NCBI GenBank assembly: GCA_965369655.1
Contig: CBDUQR010000067.1
Location: 1-10,100 of the forward strand
Source of the DNA: an uncultured bacterium
Lineage (GTDB): Bacteria; Zixibacteria; MSB-5A5; JAABVY01; JAHJOQ01
Direction of reading: 5' to 3'
DNA: 10,100 nucleotides
Under the pieces are notes generated by a model. It worked only from the letters and a program-made list of their open reading frames with translations, did no database searches and had not been told where the DNA came from. Position 1 is the first letter of the stretch. Each line of letters opens with the position of its first letter. Of this stretch, positions 5,584-10,100 are shown one piece after another. A program made the translations under genes and the position numbers.

Positions 5584-7557
5584 ATGCGATTCTGTCTTGT
5601 CGGGTTTTCGATCATATTCTGCATAGCGATACTCTCATGCGGCAGCGAAGATCGTGAACTGACCCAGCGCGACAAATTCGTGAAGATTGCGATTCAGGAA
5701 GACACGCGCGATCTCGGCGACGGCGAGTTTTTTGAGTTCCTGACCGATCCCGATCCTCTTGTACGACTCCGCACTGTCAAAGCTCTCGGAAGAATCGGCG
5801 CTCGCGAGGCATCCGTACATGTCGCAGAGGCTCTAACCGATTCCGTCGAGGTGATCAGGCAGGAAGCGGCATTCGCTCTCGGTTTGATAGGAGGCGCGGA
5901 TGCTCTCCTCGCCATTACCGCCAATCTCAGCAATGAACAATCCCCCGCCGTTAAAATCGCGATGATCGAAGCGCTCGGCAGGATGGGCGACCTTGTTATT
6001 GTCGCTGCGCTCACAAGGTATGTCGACGATCCTGACCCGACAGTCCGGAGTGCAGTAGTGCGAGCGTTTGCGCGACTTCCGGGGCATGGCAGGACAGTTG
6101 ATCTTGTCGAAATGTCGCGCGATTCGATTGCGGATGTTCGCGCGATGGCGGCACATGCTCTGATGCGCACCGGGAAATCTTCGGCATTTGGGCGGCTCCG
6201 CTGGTGCTTGAAGGATTCGGACCCGCTTGTGCGTTATTTTGCGGCTCGTGCGCTTGGTGTGCTTGGTGACAGTTCTGGATTGAGTCACCTGACGGATCGA
6301 CTCAGGCGAGAGAGCAATAGCTTAGTCAAGATCAGTCTGATTCGTTCCATCTCGCAGGTGGGCGATCGCCGAGCACTCAAGGCTCTACTCAATATCCTGT
6401 CCGGCAAGCACTCGATCCATGTGAAGGCAGAGGCGCTCAAGGCTTTGGGGCTGCTCAAATTGAGTAAGAGTTTGACTAAACTAAAACCATATCTCGATCA
6501 CGAGAACATAACCTTGAGAGCGGCTGCGATTGTAGCCGCAGCAAGGATGGATCCGCAGTATTTCATGGGCAGGCTGGATCAATTGCTGGAAGATTCAGAC
6601 TACTATGTGAAAAGCAGCGTGATCGACGGTCTTTCGGAGATCAAGAGCGACTCTGCGCACAATGTCCTGGTCGATCTTTTCGATGATCCGGACGGGCGTC
6701 TGCGCCGCCAGGCTCTCTCGGCTCTTGCGGATTCTACGTTAGACAATGTCAAGGCGTTGGTCGAAGATGCTCTCCATGATGACGATTTCACAGTTCAGGT
6801 AACCGCCATCGAGATGATCTGTGCTGCGAGGGATTCGTCTCTGATCGATAGACTTGCCGGTCTCTACAGAGATCATGCTTCCGACAACGAGATTGATATC
6901 CGTCTCACAATCGTTCGTGGTCTTGCGTCATGGATCGACAGCGCGTCGCCATATCCGGCGATGATGAATACGCTCGAGAAAGCTGTCGATGATCGTGACT
7001 ATCATATCAGAGAATCGGCGATCGCGGCATTTGACAAGATTGGTATCGACAGGCAGGATAGACTCGGCAGTTTCGACAGTCGTATTACCACAGACAACTA
7101 CAGTGACATCTTCGAGAGATTCGACTCGAATCCGACTGCGACGATCAGGACTAACCGCGGTGACATCGCAATCGAACTGCTCTACGATATTGCACCGAAG
7201 ACTATCGTGAACTTTGTCGATCTCGCGACCAGCGGTTTCTATGACAACAAGACATGGCACAGAGTGATTCCCGGCTTTGTCATCCAGGATGGCTGTCCTC
7301 GTGGCGACGGCTGGGGTGGTCCCGGATACAGTATCAGGTGCGAGTACAACATGGAGAGCTATACGCGTGGCGCAGTCGGCATGGCGCATTCCGGCAAGGA
7401 CACAGGCGGATCGCAGTTCTTCATAGCGCACACATCGCTGCCGCATCTCGATGGCGGCTACACACTGTTCGGGCGGGTCGTCTCGGGAATGAGGGTGGTC
7501 GACAGGATAGAAGCTGGAGATTCCATACGGACAATATCGATTTCCGAAGGTGATTGA
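5584..7557 (+). CDS. Predicted lipoprotein with HEAT repeats and a C-terminal cyclophilin-type peptidyl-prolyl cis-trans isomerase (657 aa)
   Basis: ATG 5584 follows GAGGAG at 5571-5576; signal peptide ends in lipobox-like ILS-C; repeated D.DP.VR..A..ALG HEAT motifs; cyclophilin motifs APKTIVNF, GFYD, HRVIPGFVIQ, MAHSGKDTGGSQFFI, HLDGGYTLFGRV. Confidence 0.92.
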   Translation: MRFCLVGFSIIFCIAILSCGSEDRELTQRDKFVKIAIQEDTRDLGDGEFFEFLTDPDPLVRLRTVKALGRIGAREASVHVAEALTDSVEVIRQEAAFALGLIGGADALLAITANLSNEQSPAVKIAMIEALGRMGDLVIVAALTRYVDDPDPTVRSAVVRAFARLPGHGRTVDLVEMSRDSIADVRAMAAHALMRTGKSSAFGRLRWCLKDSDPLVRYFAARALGVLGDSSGLSHLTDRLRRESNSLVKISLIRSISQVGDRRALKALLNILSGKHSIHVKAEALKALGLLKLSKSLTKLKPYLDHENITLRAAAIVAAARMDPQYFMGRLDQLLEDSDYYVKSSVIDGLSEIKSDSAHNVLVDLFDDPDGRLRRQALSALADSTLDNVKALVEDALHDDDFTVQVTAIEMICAARDSSLIDRLAGLYRDHASDNEIDIRLTIVRGLASWIDSASPYPAMMNTLEKAVDDRDYHIRESAIAAFDKIGIDRQDRLGSFDSRITTDNYSDIFERFDSNPTATIRTNRGDIAIELLYDIAPKTIVNFVDLATSGFYDNKTWHRVIPGFVIQDGCPRGDGWGGPGYSIRCEYNMESYTRGAVGMAHSGKDTGGSQFFIAHTSLPHLDGGYTLFGRVVSGMRVVDRIEAGDSIRTISISEGD

Positions 7558-7620
7558 ATTGAATTTGTCGAGATGCCATACAGCTATCAACCTCAGAAAT
7601 AGTCAAATGGGAGTTGACAT

Positions 7621-8103
7621 ATGAAAACCGAAATTGTGACAATCGAAGCTCCGGAGAACACAAACCTGATCTTCGGGATGAGCCATTTCATCAAAACCGT
7701 AGAGGATGTCCATGAAATCATGGTCAACGGCGTGCCGTCCGCGAAATTCGGGATAGCGTTTTCTGAGGCGTCACAGGACAGACTCGTGCGGTCATCCGGC
7801 AACGACGAGGAGTTGATCAAAGCGGCGGAGCAGAACATACTGCGGATCGGATGCGGGCATTCGTTTCTGGTATTCATGCGCGATGCCTTTCCGATCAATG
7901 TGCTGAACAGTCTCAAGGGCTGTGTCGAAGTATGCCGGATATTTTGCGCTACCGCAAACCCGGTCGAAGTGATTGTCGCGGAATCTGATCTCGGCAGGGG
8001 AGTCATGGGGGTGATCGATGGCAACTCGCCTGTTGGAATCGAGGATGAAAAGCACAAAACCGACCGAAAGAAATTCCTCCGCGATATAGGTTACAAACTC
8101 TGA
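7621..8103 (+). CDS. Adenosine-specific kinase family protein (DUF355 / Adenosine_kin; 160 aa)
   Basis: Family motifs [65 protein letters not shown]. Confidence 0.92.
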   Translation: MKTEIVTIEAPENTNLIFGMSHFIKTVEDVHEIMVNGVPSAKFGIAFSEASQDRLVRSSGNDEELIKAAEQNILRIGCGHSFLVFMRDAFPINVLNSLKGCVEVCRIFCATANPVEVIVAESDLGRGVMGVIDGNSPVGIEDEKHKTDRKKFLRDIGYKL

Positions 8104-8121
8104 TTATCCAATGTTTATCGC

Positions 8122-9135
8122 ATGATTCATTACAACAGCGGCATTGAAATCGATGGCGTCGGCTTCCCGCTCGACGCTACACGCAAGCATGATTTCGCGT
8201 TTGTGTCACACGCGCATTCGGACCATGTCGCGCGGCATAAGAAAATTCTCGCCACACCTGAGACGATCATCTTTTTTCGCAAGAGATTCAATCGTGTCCT
8301 GTCGCATGCTGTGACGCTCGGTCAGAGAACTATGGTTGGCGGCGTCGATGTCGAACTGTTCTCGTCAGGACATATTCTCGGCGCGGCGCAGATATTGATC
8401 CATCATGATGGTCGAAAGATCGTCTACACCGGTGATTTCAAGATGCGTGAAAACGCGACTGTCGCGCCTATCGAAATCAAGAAGTGCGATATACTCGTGA
8501 TGGAGACTACTTATGGCCGACCGGAATATGTCTTTCCTGACCGCGATGTATCTGTCGATCTGATTCTCAAATTCATCAAGGCGACGCGTGTGTCAGGTTA
8601 CACCCCGATGATTCTCGGTTATTCGCTCGGCAAAGCGCAGGAGGCGCTCAAGATCATCGGCGACGAGGGATACGTCGCGAGTCTTCATCCGTCAGTCTAT
8701 GAAATGTCGAAGCTGTACCGCAAGTGCGGCGTGAAATTCGGCGAGTTCGAGCTTTTCAACCGCGAGACATACAGAGACAAAGTGCTGATTGCTCCACCGG
8801 GATGGCGACGCAATTCCGAGATGAAGGGTCTGCGTCGTGTCAAAGCCTGTATGCTGACGGGGTGGAGTGTCGGGGACATTCCGAGATGGTCCGGTGCTGA
8901 CAGCGCGGTGCCGCTGTCCGATCACGCTGACTACAATGATCTGTTGGCGTATGTCGAGAAAGCCCAGCCGAGGAAAATCCTGACCATTCATGGCTTCAAA
9001 GAATTCGCATCCGACCTGAGGAATCGCGGCTACGATGCTGTCCACCTCGAAAAAGGCGATTCAGTCTACCTCACCGACCGCCCAACAAAATACTCCCCGA
9101 ACAAAAAGACGAAGAATATGGATTTGTTTGAGTGA
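8122..9135 (+). CDS. MBL-fold / beta-CASP nuclease (DNA-ligase-associated exonuclease-like; 337 aa)
   Basis: SHAHSDH, SGHILGAAQ, YTGDF, METTYG, GYSLGKAQE, LSDHADY and IHG motifs. Confidence 0.88.
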   Translation: MIHYNSGIEIDGVGFPLDATRKHDFAFVSHAHSDHVARHKKILATPETIIFFRKRFNRVLSHAVTLGQRTMVGGVDVELFSSGHILGAAQILIHHDGRKIVYTGDFKMRENATVAPIEIKKCDILVMETTYGRPEYVFPDRDVSVDLILKFIKATRVSGYTPMILGYSLGKAQEALKIIGDEGYVASLHPSVYEMSKLYRKCGVKFGEFELFNRETYRDKVLIAPPGWRRNSEMKGLRRVKACMLTGWSVGDIPRWSGADSAVPLSDHADYNDLLAYVEKAQPRKILTIHGFKEFASDLRNRGYDAVHLEKGDSVYLTDRPTKYSPNKKTKNMDLFE

Positions 9136-9161
9136 TGGGTAACACGAACGACTTGGATGAA

Positions 9162-9590
9162 TCACGCCTTTCGTGTACCGGAGGATAGAATGAAGCGAAG
9201 GATTCTTTCTTGAAGCTTGGTAATGTCTCGAGTCTGGCATTCCCAGACAGTTAGTATATCCCAACCCATCTTTCTGAGTTGAGTTCTATTCTTGCGATCA
9301 CGAAGGACGTTGGATTTTCTTTTGGTGCGCCAAAACGCGGCATTTGTGCGAGGTGTCACTCGCCCATATTTGCATCTGTGCATATGCCAAAAACATCCGT
9401 GAACAAATATAACCTTTCCGTGACGAGGAAGGACCAGATCAGGTTTCCCTGGCAGATCTTTCCTGTGCAGACGGAATCTGTACCCCATTCCGTGAACCAG
9501 ACGTCTTACGATCATCTCCGGTTTTGTGTCCTTTGATTTTATAGCGCGCATATTTCTGCGCCGTTGTGCGGGGGTAAGGACATCAGTCAT
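9162..9590 (-). CDS. vsr: Very short patch repair endonuclease (142 aa)
   Basis: D-VLT...RRRNMRAIKSKDTKPE, LPGKPDLV, IFVHGCFWHMH, FW..K...NV.RD, GW..LTVWEC. Confidence 0.96.
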   Translation of the reverse strand: MTDVLTPAQRRRNMRAIKSKDTKPEMIVRRLVHGMGYRFRLHRKDLPGKPDLVLPRHGKVIFVHGCFWHMHRCKYGRVTPRTNAAFWRTKRKSNVLRDRKNRTQLRKMGWDILTVWECQTRDITKLQERILRFILSSGTRKA

Positions 9591-9600
9591 GCGAACTCGC

Positions 9601-10049
9601 CTATTCGATTACTCCGTTCTCTCGCCATCGCTCCATGGCTGGATCGAGGTGGTGTCGGAAGAAGGTTTCAAAGGATATGACATTGTTTTCATTGCTGTAA
9701 CATTCTGATCTGATCGATTCAGGTACAACCAGATATATCCTGTTCCTTCTCATTTCAGGAAGGTCTCTTGCTGCGACATTCTTATCTATCGTCGCAAGAA
9801 AGAACATATTACCTTGAGTACCCTCAGTAGTGATTTGTCGCCATCGTTCTCTGAGAGTACGCTTGACAGTGAATATTATGCAGTCCATGGCATTCTCGCG
9901 GAAATGTTCCTCGCTCGGCAAAAGAAAGTCCGGTTGACCGTTGATAATTGGCTGGGGTGAATACGGGTAATCCAGCTCATCGAATAAAGCCTTTATCACG
10001 TGTTCAAAGGTTTTACCAGCTCTCGGACGCCTGCCCTGTGTAAGACCTA
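9601..10049 (-). pseudogene. 3' fragment of an EcoRII-C-like type II restriction endonuclease gene, truncated or interrupted at its 5' side
   Basis: The frame extends above the ORF-track start as LGLTQGRRPRAGKTFEHVI (cf. EcoRII RRKSRAG..LE), then QPDFLLPS and TVKRTLRERWRQI. An in-frame TAA (10066-10068, - strand) closes the frame a few codons upstream, with no credible start. Confidence 0.8.
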
Positions 10050-10100
10050 GTGGTGTGATGCATAATTAACGGGCATTATCTTGCTTTCATTAGTCCTCCT
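10050..10100 (-). mobile_element. Probable right end of an IS630-family insertion sequence (continues beyond the window)
   Basis: REase similarity stops at CTAG 10047-10050. On the - strand a different frame enters from the window edge, RRTNESKIMPVNYASHH*, whose TAG stop uses the TA of that CTAG. This fits the TA/CTAG target and CACTAG ends typical of IS630 elements. Only 51 bp are visible. Confidence 0.55.

Noticed and set aside
5223-5675. 150-aa minus-strand ORF
   Set aside because: Crosses the REP cluster and overlaps two + strand genes; no motifs.
6928-7590. 220-aa minus-strand ORF and the other antisense or alternate-frame ORFs over the adh, HEAT/PPIase, kinase, MBL and vsr genes
   Set aside because: Shadow ORFs of well-supported genes, with no recognisable domains.
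10076-10100. AGGAGG + ATG on the - strand as the REase start
   Set aside because: This ATG (10090) opens only MKAR* and is out of frame with the REase.

Overview
Bacterial genomic window. A + strand backbone carries a polytopic membrane protein, an iron-containing (butanol-type) alcohol dehydrogenase, a HEAT-repeat/cyclophilin lipoprotein, an adenosine-specific-kinase-family protein and an MBL/beta-CASP nuclease. It is interrupted at ~2880-5250 by an AT-richer two-gene cassette with its own consensus sigma70 promoter. The cassette encodes a 90-aa Cys4 protein overlapping a membrane-anchored protein. That protein is split by one extra G in a G10 tract (4379-4388); with G9 it reads as a 658-aa protein ending in two tandem NusA-like KH1-KH2 modules. 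This is the best candidate for an undescribed system. At the right end, on the - strand, are vsr and the 3' part of an EcoRII-like restriction endonuclease gene that appears to be cut at a CTAG by the end of an IS630-like element. The two long intergenic regions (1-435, 5249-5583) hold REP-like hairpin clusters, a perfect 33-bp tandem duplication and a phased GATC cluster. All calls come from motif recognition by eye; no searches were run.
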